NCBI GenBank assembly: GCA_964588105.1
Contig: CAZPOG010000001.1
Location: 53-64,052 of the forward strand
Direction: 5' to 3'
Source of the DNA: an uncultured Ruminococcus sp.
GTDB lineage: Bacteria; Bacillota; Clostridia; Oscillospirales; Acutalibacteraceae
Length of the DNA stretch: 64,000 nt
A program made the translations under genes and the position numbers. The notes below the pieces were generated by a model. The model saw nothing but the letters and a program-made list of their open reading frames with translations. It ran no database searches and was not told where the DNA came from. Shown in pieces: positions 18,537 to 27,184 of the stretch (its first letter is position 1; each line of letters begins with the position of its first letter).

Positions 18537-19625
18537 TCAACTTTCGATAGATAATAGCCAGTTTTTAAATATCCTTTTAAATTCGTACTCTTTAGAATAT
18601 GGCTTGTACAAATCTTTAACCAAATCAAACGGTAATTCTTTTAAAGAAGAGTGTTTAAGAATAAGACACTTTTTACCTTGTGTTTGCATGGCCCCTAGTT
18701 CGTAAGCTACATTTGGATTATAGTTTGCTCCTTCTTCTGGCTCATCAAATAAAGCAATACCGTATTTACAACAGTATAGGACAGCCATGGGATTATAAAC
18801 ATTATTGGTAATATTCCATTCCGGGTCATCCGCTCTTATACAATTAAACCCGCTTGAAATCAATTCACTTTTAATAAAATCAGAAAACTCTCGATTGCTT
18901 TCCCTGAATTTCATCATTAAAAAAACGTTCTTATTAAATGAATAATGCTCTAATTTCTTTTCCATAGTCTTTTTATATGGACTAAGCGTATTCAAATTAT
19001 AGTACAAGGTTGGTGAAATATAGAGCCTTTCTGGTTGATCATCTATTGATTGATATTTATCCATTAAGTATTTAATCTTCCTATGCAAATCAGTTGGATT
19101 TGAGCGATTAATAATTACATTTCTATAAATATCATTAGCCAAATATTCTTCAAATATTGATTCCGATCTTTCCATTCGAAATTTTATAGTATCCTCATCA
19201 TATCCATCTTGTTTCAACCGCGATTCAATTAGCCCCATATCAGTATAAATATACACAGGAACTACAAGAACAATCTCTTTATAAACTGAACATAGCTTTT
19301 GTATCAAATCTTGACTTCTTACTATTATAAAAGTACATGAATACTTTTCTATTGCGTAATCTAATTCGGATTTAAAAAAGCCGTAGTTGTGACCTCCATA
19401 TGTATATTTAAAAAAAGTATCATTTTGTTTTGCCTCTAACTCTTTAAACTTAGCTTCAGTGATAAATTTTAAATCAGACTTTGTAGCCTCTTCTGACTGC
19501 CTTCTTTTTCGTGTAGTATATTTATCGATTTTTGTTGCGGTATACCTATACTTGTTTGATATATAGCTTACCAAATCAGACTTTCCGGTTCCAGCTGCTC
19601 CATCAACTAAAAATAATACTTTCAT
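18537..19625 (-). CDS. guanylate-kinase-like domain fused to nucleoside-deoxyribosyltransferase/N-glycosidase-like domain
   Basis: N-terminal GAAGTGKS, YTTR, YGGHNYG; C-terminal VFLMMKF, CIRADD, NPNVAYELG, LPFDL. Confidence 0.7.
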   Translation of the reverse strand: MKVLFLVDGAAGTGKSDLVSYISNKYRYTATKIDKYTTRKRRQSEEATKSDLKFITEAKFKELEAKQNDTFFKYTYGGHNYGFFKSELDYAIEKYSCTFIIVRSQDLIQKLCSVYKEIVLVVPVYIYTDMGLIESRLKQDGYDEDTIKFRMERSESIFEEYLANDIYRNVIINRSNPTDLHRKIKYLMDKYQSIDDQPERLYISPTLYYNLNTLSPYKKTMEKKLEHYSFNKNVFLMMKFRESNREFSDFIKSELISSGFNCIRADDPEWNITNNVYNPMAVLYCCKYGIALFDEPEEGANYNPNVAYELGAMQTQGKKCLILKHSSLKELPFDLVKDLYKPYSKEYEFKRIFKNWLLSIES

Positions 19626-20029
19626 ATTAACCTCCGTTTATTTATTTAAACATCCCATATTAATACTATCACGTTTTCTCCTTTTTCACCATATTTCAAC
19701 ATGTAGATTTTATTGATTTGGTTTTATGCAAATTACACCAAAATCGATAAACAAACTTGTGAACAGCATGGAATATAACCTATCTCTAATTGTTTGATTA
19801 TCTTCGTGTCAAAATAATTAAGATTAATTATTTGAAAAAGTCATAAGTAAGACGGATTAAGCTAAATGATTTTAGATTAATTCACAAATTTGTTTATTAT
19901 TTTTCGTGCCAAATATACAATTTCAGATACATAAGATTTTCACATTAGTCAATATCGTTTTGATTCATAATATGATAAAATAGATGATAATAAGGGCAAT
20001 TTTTTGTAATATAGAGAAGGCTGTTGTTT

Positions 20030-20848
20030 ATGAAAAGAATACCACTTCTTTTTAGAAAAAGCGTCAGTTACGCATTTATAATTATTTCTGGAATAAGCAC
20101 CATAGTTGGACTTTGGGGGTATACGATCAAAGACATTAATCCTCAATGGGCTTGGTGGAAATGGGCATTGGTTTTATTGGGCACTTATTTAGTGGTTTCA
20201 TTAATTATAGGTTTGATTATTAAAGCAAAAGAGCACAAACCACTTACCATTTCAATCAATGGAAAAACTGTTAAGATAAAAGTCGGAAATATTTTCTCCG
20301 AAGAAGGGTATAAAGTTATTCCTTTTAATGAAAGATTTGATACTCAAGTAAACGATATTATTATTGCACATAACACATTAAACGGAAAGCTGATTGACAA
20401 TTATATTGAGGACATTAATGAATTGAAAAATACAATTCTATCTGCTGCTTTTGAAGATTCATATTATAAGCCTACTTTTATTGAAGGAAAAGCAGTATAT
20501 CCTCTTGGTCGTTTAATCCCATATAATGATTATTTATTGTTATCATTTACACATTTCGACGAACATAATCAAGCATATATCAGCGTAGGTGAATACGAAC
20601 AGATATTATTGCGTATGTGGAAAGAAATGAGAAGAGTGTATGCCGCAAAGCATATAGTTATCCCTTTGTTGGGAGCAGGAATTACTACTATTGATGGAAC
20701 TCAGGAAAAGAATTATACCGACTTACTCAAGTGCATTTTATGTACGCTACGTAGTAGTATGTTTCAACCTGAACAAGGCATGACTATAACTCTTACATCA
20801 GATACGATTAAGCAAATCAACATGAACAGTATAAAGGAGGAGTTTTAA
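20030..20848 (+). CDS. thsA: Thoeris type II effector ThsA (2TM + Macro domain)
   Basis: Two TM helices, then VIPFNERFDT, TLNG, YPLG, IPLLGAGI Macro motifs; directly upstream of a TIR gene. Confidence 0.85.
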   Translation: MKRIPLLFRKSVSYAFIIISGISTIVGLWGYTIKDINPQWAWWKWALVLLGTYLVVSLIIGLIIKAKEHKPLTISINGKTVKIKVGNIFSEEGYKVIPFNERFDTQVNDIIIAHNTLNGKLIDNYIEDINELKNTILSAAFEDSYYKPTFIEGKAVYPLGRLIPYNDYLLLSFTHFDEHNQAYISVGEYEQILLRMWKEMRRVYAAKHIVIPLLGAGITTIDGTQEKNYTDLLKCILCTLRSSMFQPEQGMTITLTSDTIKQINMNSIKEEF

Positions 20849-20849
20849 A

Positions 20850-21368
20850 GTGATTTACAGAACAAGGACATACATAGCTGCTGATTATGACAATGCGGAT
20901 GATGTTTCTGCAGTTGAACAGCTTCACAAATGGAATGATAGTTATTACTGGAGTTTATCATTTACTGATGCACATGATTTACAAACATCACGTGATACTA
21001 GTCAATATTGCTCGATAAAGTCATCGCTAAAAGAGCGTATGGATCATTCTAAGCGTTTCATTTTAATTGTTGGCACAAATACTAATACAATTACAAAAGG
21101 CGGTTGTCAATATTGCTCAAGTTATAACAGCTATCTAAAATATTGTACAAAAGGTCACTCTGTCGATTATAGAAGCTACATTAAATATGAATGTGACAAA
21201 GCAATTGAAGCAGATATTGATATTATCGTCCTATATAATGATACTGTTGTTGATAAATCAAAATGTCCACCTGCATTAAGAGATATCGGTATTCACCAAC
21301 CAATGGTATATTTTAAAGATGGAAAAGAGTTTTGGGATTATCAGACAGTAAAGAAATGCTTTACATAA
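20850..21368 (+). CDS. thsB: Thoeris TIR protein ThsB
   Basis: RTRTYIAAD, FTDAHD, IKSSLKERM..SKRFILIVG, YECDKA (catalytic Glu). Confidence 0.88.
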   Translation: MIYRTRTYIAADYDNADDVSAVEQLHKWNDSYYWSLSFTDAHDLQTSRDTSQYCSIKSSLKERMDHSKRFILIVGTNTNTITKGGCQYCSSYNSYLKYCTKGHSVDYRSYIKYECDKAIEADIDIIVLYNDTVVDKSKCPPALRDIGIHQPMVYFKDGKEFWDYQTVKKCFT

Positions 21369-21404
21369 TGTGGGTATTATTGTTTAGATTAAGATTTGAA
21401 GAAG

Positions 21405-21551
21405 ATGCTGTTTATGCGAGTTATTGTTAAAAGGGTTCAAGAGTTTAGATGTGCAAATTGCGGTACGTGGTGTCAAGGCTTTTATGCTCCTGATGGTAAA
21501 CTACTAAGTGCTGACTGTTATTATAAGATTTGGGGTAAATATCCTTGGTGA
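21405..21551 (+). CDS. 48-aa Cys-rich ORF
   Basis: Manual translation MLFMRVIVKRVQEFRCANCGTWCQGFYAPDGKLLSADCYYKIWGKYPW. Confidence 0.35.
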   Translation: MLFMRVIVKRVQEFRCANCGTWCQGFYAPDGKLLSADCYYKIWGKYPW

Positions 21552-21670
21552 ATTTCCTAGTCATTATTCTTGAATTAATAGATAAGGCACAAGAGTGCTT
21601 TTACAGATAGAACAAAAAAACTATCTGGCAAAGAAAAGAGCAGACTCATCCGAACCTGCTCCGATACAAA

Positions 21671-21695
21671 GGTTCAAATCCCGTTATGCGCACCA
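21671..21695 (+). other. tRNA 3' fragment (T-loop to CCA), probable att site
   Basis: GGTTCAAATCCCGTTATGCGCACCA with no matching 5' half (GCGCAT...) upstream; tRNA identity not determined. Confidence 0.75.
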
Positions 21696-21702
21696 TATTA
21701 AG

Positions 21703-21740
21703 ACCATACCATTGATACAATGTCAGTGGTATGGTTTTTC
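21703..21740 (+). terminator. terminator after the tRNA 3' end
   Basis: ACCATACCATTGA / TCAGTGGTATGGT stem plus T-run. Confidence 0.7.
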
Positions 21741-21761
21741 TCATTCCTAAGCCATTTTTAA

Positions 21762-21800
21762 AGATTGTCATTGCGAGGAGCGAAGCGACGCGGCAATCTC
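21762..21800. repeat. REP-like palindromic element
   Basis: AGATTGTCATTGCGAGGAGCGAAGCGACGCGGCAATCT resembles a widespread GTCATTGCGAG...GCAATC palindrome class (from recall). Confidence 0.55.
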
Positions 21801-21885
21801 TACCGATAAAAAACGCCCTGTTCTTCGACTTTCCGAAAGACAGAGCGTTCACTTTTTATTGTTATATTAGAATTATAAACGATAA

Positions 21886-21985
21886 GCGGTCGGTGAGTTG
21901 CGATATGCGGTCGGTCTATAACCCTTTTGCGGTCGGTGAGTTCACCTTTGCGGTCGGTGGCTCACCATATGCGGTCGGTGAGTTA
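21886..21985. repeat. 5 x GCGGTCGGT direct-repeat array
   Basis: Copies start at 21886, 21907, 21929, 21950, 21971 (period 21-22). Confidence 0.9.
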
Positions 21986-21989
21986 AAAA

Positions 21990-23702
21990 TCAGAGGTTTT
22001 CAGCTTGCTTTTCAAGTGCTTTGAAATCCACCTTATTTGCACCGGTAACCGGAACCTCACTCACAAATATAAAGTCTACAGGGACTTCGTATTCAGGCAA
22101 AATCTTTTGACAATAATCCGCTAACTCGCCTTTAACTTCAGCTTCACGTCCAATGTACTCCTCTTTTAGAACAATAAAAGCAAAAGGAGCTTTTCCGGTT
22201 TCGTAATTAGGCTCTTTTGCACCGACGACACAGCAACGCTGAACTGCTTCAACCTGCATAATTGTTTTTTCGATGTATGGTGCAAACACTTTTACGCCGT
22301 CATGTCTGGCAAACATTCTTTTCAGACGCCCGTCAATAAACACGAATCCATCTTCATCAATATGACCAAGGTCTCCCGAGTGAAGCCACATTTTGCCATC
22401 GGAATGTTTTTTGATCATTTCTTCTGTGGCTTCTTTATTGTTGAAATAACCAAGCATCACATTCGGTCCGGAAATACATATTTCACCGGTTTCTCCGTAT
22501 TTCAATTCTTGATTCGTCTCAGGATCAAATGCAGAAATCAGAGTCTCTTTGAAAGGAATACCCACACTGCCCATCTTGTTTAATCGTGTAGAATAATTCC
22601 TGCAAACAGCAGACGCGACTTCGGTCATTCCGTAGCCCTGAGACATAACTGCTTTTGATCCGTGCTCATGGAAAAACGCATTAATCTCATTTTCGAGCTC
22701 CGGGCTCATATAATCTGCGCCGGTTACAGGATCGATGAGTTTTGAGAGGTTCGCATTTTTCGTTGTTTTATCATGAATCAGTATCTCCCAATTCATCGGA
22801 GTAATTGAAACAAAACAGTTTTCGTTAGATGCTATATGCTTTGCAATGCCTTTCGGATCATACATTACAATCTTGCACTCCATGCCGTAAGACAAAGGTA
22901 GATGAGTGGCGTAAATAAGCGTATATGTTATAAATGGTGCGGCTACGCTCTGCCAAGTATATTCACGCTTTAGGTCGAGTAATGAGCAGTTCTGCTGACT
23001 TGATACCGCGTTAACATTTCTATTGGTCAATACAATTCCTTTGGGTTCTCCGGTTGTACCGCCGGAATACATTATCAGCGCAATATCATTTGAATTATTC
23101 TATGTATACTCTGGTTGTGTCTTTTCTCCCAAGCTTAACAACTGATTGTAAGAAATTACAGTTGTTTCAACTTTCGGCATCTTTTTCAGAGAAAACGCCA
23201 GTTTCCCCATAGTGGACATTGAACGAGAAAAGCTGAAAAGATAGACGGAAATGCTTTTATCGTTTTTGAATACATTTGCTTTATCGGCAAAAAGATCCAA
23301 AACAATAATATACTTTGAATTGGTAATCTGCACCTTTGATTTTATAATATCATCGGACATATTCGGATAAAGGCAACTACATACTGCACCGATCCTGTTT
23401 AGAGCATAAATTGCATAAAGAATCTCAGGAGTTGTGATTGCAATAATTGTAACAATATCCCCTTTGCGAACACCGCAAGCCCAGAATGAATTTGATAGTC
23501 TTTCGATTTCTTCAAACATCGTTTTATATGTAATATGTTTGTTAAAGAAATCAATCGCGTTATTCGAAAGATAATCCCGATTACTTTTCCAAATGAGTTC
23601 AAACATATTGTCTTGCGGTATTGACCTGCTAAGGTCTTCTTTGGAATAGTATTTCAGCCACGGTTTGTCGATGGACGGATATCCAGTTAATCCTTTGCTC
23701 AT
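21990..23702 (-). pseudogene. AMP-binding acyl-CoA synthetase interrupted by one in-frame TAG (23100-23102)
   Basis: The two tracked ORFs are in the same frame: ..PEYT*NNSNDIALIMYSGGTTGEPKG; also YGMTE and SGDLG motifs. Confidence 0.88.
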
Positions 23703-23969
23703 TATCGTTTCCCCTTTACAATAAAAAAGACGCACGACCCGCAAGCCGTACGCCAAAAAACACGTTCGCTCCGAATCGTCGCCAAACAATTTCAAGTTAT
23801 CACTAAATACACAACTAATATAGGGATAGCAAAATAAGAGCGTAGTGTTTTTATCAAGATATAAAAACACTATCCCACAAAATAGTTGTGTAAACACAAA
23901 TATTAACTTGAAATTGTTGGCTCTTTTATCGTACCATAACCATCGTACTTTTGCAACCGTTATTTATCA

Positions 23970-24096
23970 AAAATGAACGCACCCCCTGCGAAAGTGAACG
24001 CAGGGGGTAAAATACCGAACGCAGCCTCGAAAAAGTGAACGCAAGCTCCGAAAAGTGAACGCAAGATAGTAGAGCCACTACACACCGACCGCATAT
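23970..24096. repeat. 5 x GAACGCA array plus one ACCGACCGCA copy
   Basis: GAACGCA at 23975, 23996, 24017, 24037, 24057; CACCGACCGCATAT at 24083-24096. Confidence 0.85.
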
Positions 24097-24129
24097 TCTT
24101 ACTGTATCATTTCTATGGTGCAGAGGCAT

Positions 24130-24169
24130 ATCGAGTATTCATAACTCAAGTCCGTTATGAATACTCGAT
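24130..24169. repeat. 16-bp perfect inverted repeat
   Basis: ATCGAGTATTCATAAC-8 nt-GTTATGAATACTCGAT. Confidence 0.75.
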
Positions 24170-24551
24170 TTTCTTTTATCAAATGGTACATTTTCAAAAC
24201 AAAGATATTATGTTTTTTCGACCAAAATTATAATCCAGAATCTCTACCAGTTCAGCCACGTGCCACAATACCTTAACACACAATTTCACGAACATATAAT
24301 CTATGCATGGGAACTCTATTCTAAAAAACTTGATGGTGACAAACTTCTTAGCCTCTTAGTCGAGTAAACGCTGCCAAGCAAACAAGATAAAAAAATGACG
24401 GCAAATAATCTACAGCCATGTTTTTCTCAATCCTATTCGTTCACATCATTAGGAGTATTCAAAAGATTCCCCCCTACTTTAGATGTTTCATTTTTGAACT
24501 CTTGTTCGTTGTAAGCATAATAGTTTTCACCTCTTTAGATTATTTCACAAC

Positions 24552-26384
24552 CTAATACTCTGGAGCTCCGTAGCCTAAAATTTCAAAGCACCCTATGGTA
24601 TAAGTATTCTCTCTGCACGCGTCTCCGGAATTACCTTCAATCGTATAGACACGCCCGTTTTCAATTTTCTCTACGATTCCCGTGTGATCGGCATTGCCGT
24701 CCTGACCGTCATCCTGCCAGTCAAAGAAAATGATCATTCCGGGTGACGGCTCCTCAGAACCGTCAAGCCATTGTCCTTTGTCCTGAAACCAAGTCTGACC
24801 GGTTTCACACATCGCGTATTTGGGAATGACGCCTTCCTCTATATAGCCGCACTCATTGGCACACCAAGAGACAAAGATCGCGCACCACTCAACACGGGAG
24901 CTGAATCCGTACCACGACCAATACGGCTGCCCGCCGACATTACCGAGCTGACTTACGGCGACATTCACAATATCGTCATCACTTGTCGCGATCCCGTGCA
25001 GCACCGCCGTCCATAATTGGTTTTTATCATCAGCGAGAAGCTCTTTGAGCATCTCTCTCTGCTTATCGTTAAACGCATAGCGGTTAGCCATCTCTTCGAT
25101 GGTTTTATGAGTGACGGTGATATGAAGCGTTTTTACGGTGACGGTTTTCTCGGTCGTCACAATATTGCCGTGACCGTCGCCTTCGTCAACCGTTTCCGTT
25201 TTTGTTTCTTCGGTGACGTAAGAAGAGACTTGATTCATTACCCAAAAGATGTTTTTCAGTTCTTTTATTTTGTAATCGGTCATAGTGGCAACCTCCTGAG
25301 GGTTATCGGGATCCATATTCAGCTTTACCGCATAGACGGCGATCACTTCTTTCCACTGCGCTCTGGCTTCCGACATTTCAAGAACATCATAATCGGCAGA
25401 GGCTTTCTTCTCTTCGATCACACGGTTATAATCGTCGTTGATTTCCGCAACAGCGGTTCGCATCGTAATTCCGGTACCGGAATCTTCCCCGGTGTAAAAG
25501 ATACCGAAAGCTGAACAGAGAATAATGGCGATCATCAGTATCAGCAGGATGATAACCAGTACGATCCAGCCTCCCGCAGCACAAGCTGCCGCCAGCGCTT
25601 TGATAGCGGCAATAATCGCCTTGATGATTTTTGCCGCAACCTTCGCCGCTTTTGCGGCAGCCTTTGCCGTTTCTTTTGCTGCTTGCGCCGCTTTCTTAGC
25701 GGCTTTAGCAAAAGCCTTTGCTGTTTTCTGCGCTGCTTTTGCCGCTTGTTTGGACGTCTTGATAGCTGCTTTAGATGTTTGCTGCGCAGAGCGAGCTGTC
25801 CTTTTCGTTGACTTAAACGTAGTTTTCTGTAAAGATCTCACCGTTTCCTTTGAGGAATTCAAAGACTTATGCCTGATTTCCTTTGAAACAGGTTCAACTG
25901 ATTTTACCCGAATAGATCTCGTGCTCTCGGGAATCGAATTTTCGGATGAAGCTTTCGTTTTTCTTACGGCTTCCTTTGCACGTTCCCGTTTGAATCGCTC
26001 TGCTCTCTGCTGCGCAGTATTGGAATAACACGTGGCAGACTTGGGTTTGGGATCGGACGCCTTGTGCCCGTATTCCTCAGCTCTTTGCTGACGATGCTCA
26101 TATATCTTTTGCCGAATCTCCGAAAGATTATCTCGCGTTTTCTCGAAACCTTTTTCTGTCAGCTGTTCTGCTCGATGAACGGTTTCCTGTGCCGTTCGGT
26201 TTGTACCGCTTTCGATCCGGTCAGACGCGTATTCGGCTGGATTGTTCTCTTCGGGCTCGACCGAGTTTTCAGCCTGCTGCTTTGTCCTGATCGTACCGGC
26301 TCTCACTCGGTTCGCAAAGCCCGCTGTTCTGTCAAGTGTTTTGACCGGTGCTTTGAGCGCTTCTTTCGTCCTTATTTCAGCCAT
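24552..26384 (-). CDS. conjugation cell-wall hydrolase with CHAP domain
   Basis: Lys/Ala-rich coiled region, TM helix, WCAIFVSWC ... HTGIVE ... TIEGN. Confidence 0.9.
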   Translation of the reverse strand: MAEIRTKEALKAPVKTLDRTAGFANRVRAGTIRTKQQAENSVEPEENNPAEYASDRIESGTNRTAQETVHRAEQLTEKGFEKTRDNLSEIRQKIYEHRQQRAEEYGHKASDPKPKSATCYSNTAQQRAERFKRERAKEAVRKTKASSENSIPESTRSIRVKSVEPVSKEIRHKSLNSSKETVRSLQKTTFKSTKRTARSAQQTSKAAIKTSKQAAKAAQKTAKAFAKAAKKAAQAAKETAKAAAKAAKVAAKIIKAIIAAIKALAAACAAGGWIVLVIILLILMIAIILCSAFGIFYTGEDSGTGITMRTAVAEINDDYNRVIEEKKASADYDVLEMSEARAQWKEVIAVYAVKLNMDPDNPQEVATMTDYKIKELKNIFWVMNQVSSYVTEETKTETVDEGDGHGNIVTTEKTVTVKTLHITVTHKTIEEMANRYAFNDKQREMLKELLADDKNQLWTAVLHGIATSDDDIVNVAVSQLGNVGGQPYWSWYGFSSRVEWCAIFVSWCANECGYIEEGVIPKYAMCETGQTWFQDKGQWLDGSEEPSPGMIIFFDWQDDGQDGNADHTGIVEKIENGRVYTIEGNSGDACRENTYTIGCFEILGYGAPEY

Positions 26385-26394
26385 AGCACTGACC

Positions 26395-27177
26395 TCAATC
26401 CTGTTTTGCTATCAGCAAAAGCCTCTCGTTATCGCTGTTATACTCCGAAGTGGCAAGGGTAAGCAGCTTATCTGAGTATTCAGCTGTAACCTCCGTATCG
26501 TACTCGGATAACGACTTGCACTTTTCGACGGAGTCGTTGAAGCTTTTCGGATCATAGGCATCTACAAACTCATAAAACCTGAACGAACTCCTGTCATCGG
26601 TGGTATACGGTAAGACAATAAACGCAAGCACGGAATAGTTCTGAATCTCACCGTCAATCTCAAAGTTCACGGTTTTATGCTTTTTATAAAACTCGAAGTC
26701 CTTGTACTGCCGCAGCGGTGCAAACATCGTCCCGTCAGCCATATCGTGGGCATAGATGATGATGTTATCCGAAGGTGTAAGTATGTCGCAGTTTGACTGG
26801 ACATACGGGCAGCCGTAAGACGATGGATTCTGAAAGAAGTCCTTCGTCAGGTATTTGTCGGGATCTTCATAGCTCTGCATAACGGGAAAGTCGATTTCGG
26901 AGTTTGGAATTGTCAGCCACCCGATCATATCGGTGTTACGGCTGTAATCCATATGACTTTTGTCGTTATAGGGATAATATGTTGCGGTTTCTGTCGCCTC
27001 AATCGGTATCTCGGGTGCGGGCTCTGAATTTTCCGTTTCATCTTCCGAGATTTGTTCGGAGACAAAATCAGAGAAGCGGAAAATCAGGAAAAACACACCT
27101 ACGAGAAACGCAATCGTGAAAACGATCAGAAATACAAAAATCAATTTACTTCTCATGGTATTCCTCCAAAAAGCCAA
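26395..27177 (-). CDS. srtB: class B sortase-like protein (catalytic Cys replaced by Ser)
   Basis: N-terminal TM, GWLTIP, IIYAHDM, TLATS in place of TLSTC, followed by R. Confidence 0.8.
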   Translation of the reverse strand: MAFWRNTMRSKLIFVFLIVFTIAFLVGVFFLIFRFSDFVSEQISEDETENSEPAPEIPIEATETATYYPYNDKSHMDYSRNTDMIGWLTIPNSEIDFPVMQSYEDPDKYLTKDFFQNPSSYGCPYVQSNCDILTPSDNIIIYAHDMADGTMFAPLRQYKDFEFYKKHKTVNFEIDGEIQNYSVLAFIVLPYTTDDRSSFRFYEFVDAYDPKSFNDSVEKCKSLSEYDTEVTAEYSDKLLTLATSEYNSDNERLLLIAKQD

Positions 27178-27184
27178 GCGAGAG

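Larger units (their letters stand above)
1..21695. mobile_element. tRNA-integrated defence/accessory island (left end outside window)
   Basis: Visibly AT-rich run of defence-type genes with a tyrosine recombinase, ending at an isolated tRNA 3' end (21671-21695) plus terminator. Confidence 0.55.

Noticed and set aside
66-21368. Integron with attC cassettes driven by the tyrosine recombinase
   Set aside because: No IntI-specific insertion recognised, genes are in mixed orientation, and no recurring attC-like repeat was found by eye.
21620-21695. Complete tRNA gene
   Set aside because: No acceptor 5' strand (GCGCAT...), D-arm or anticodon arm upstream; only the 3' 25 nt fit.
21886-21985. Possible mini-CRISPR array
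   Set aside because: The repeat core is only 9 bp, spacers are 12-13 nt and partly similar to each other, and there are no cas genes.
14282-23102. Amber recoding suggested by two in-frame TAGs (14282, 23100)
   Set aside because: Intact genes end in TAG at expected positions (recombinase 974, HEPN 17122); no pyl or suppressor genes are visible.
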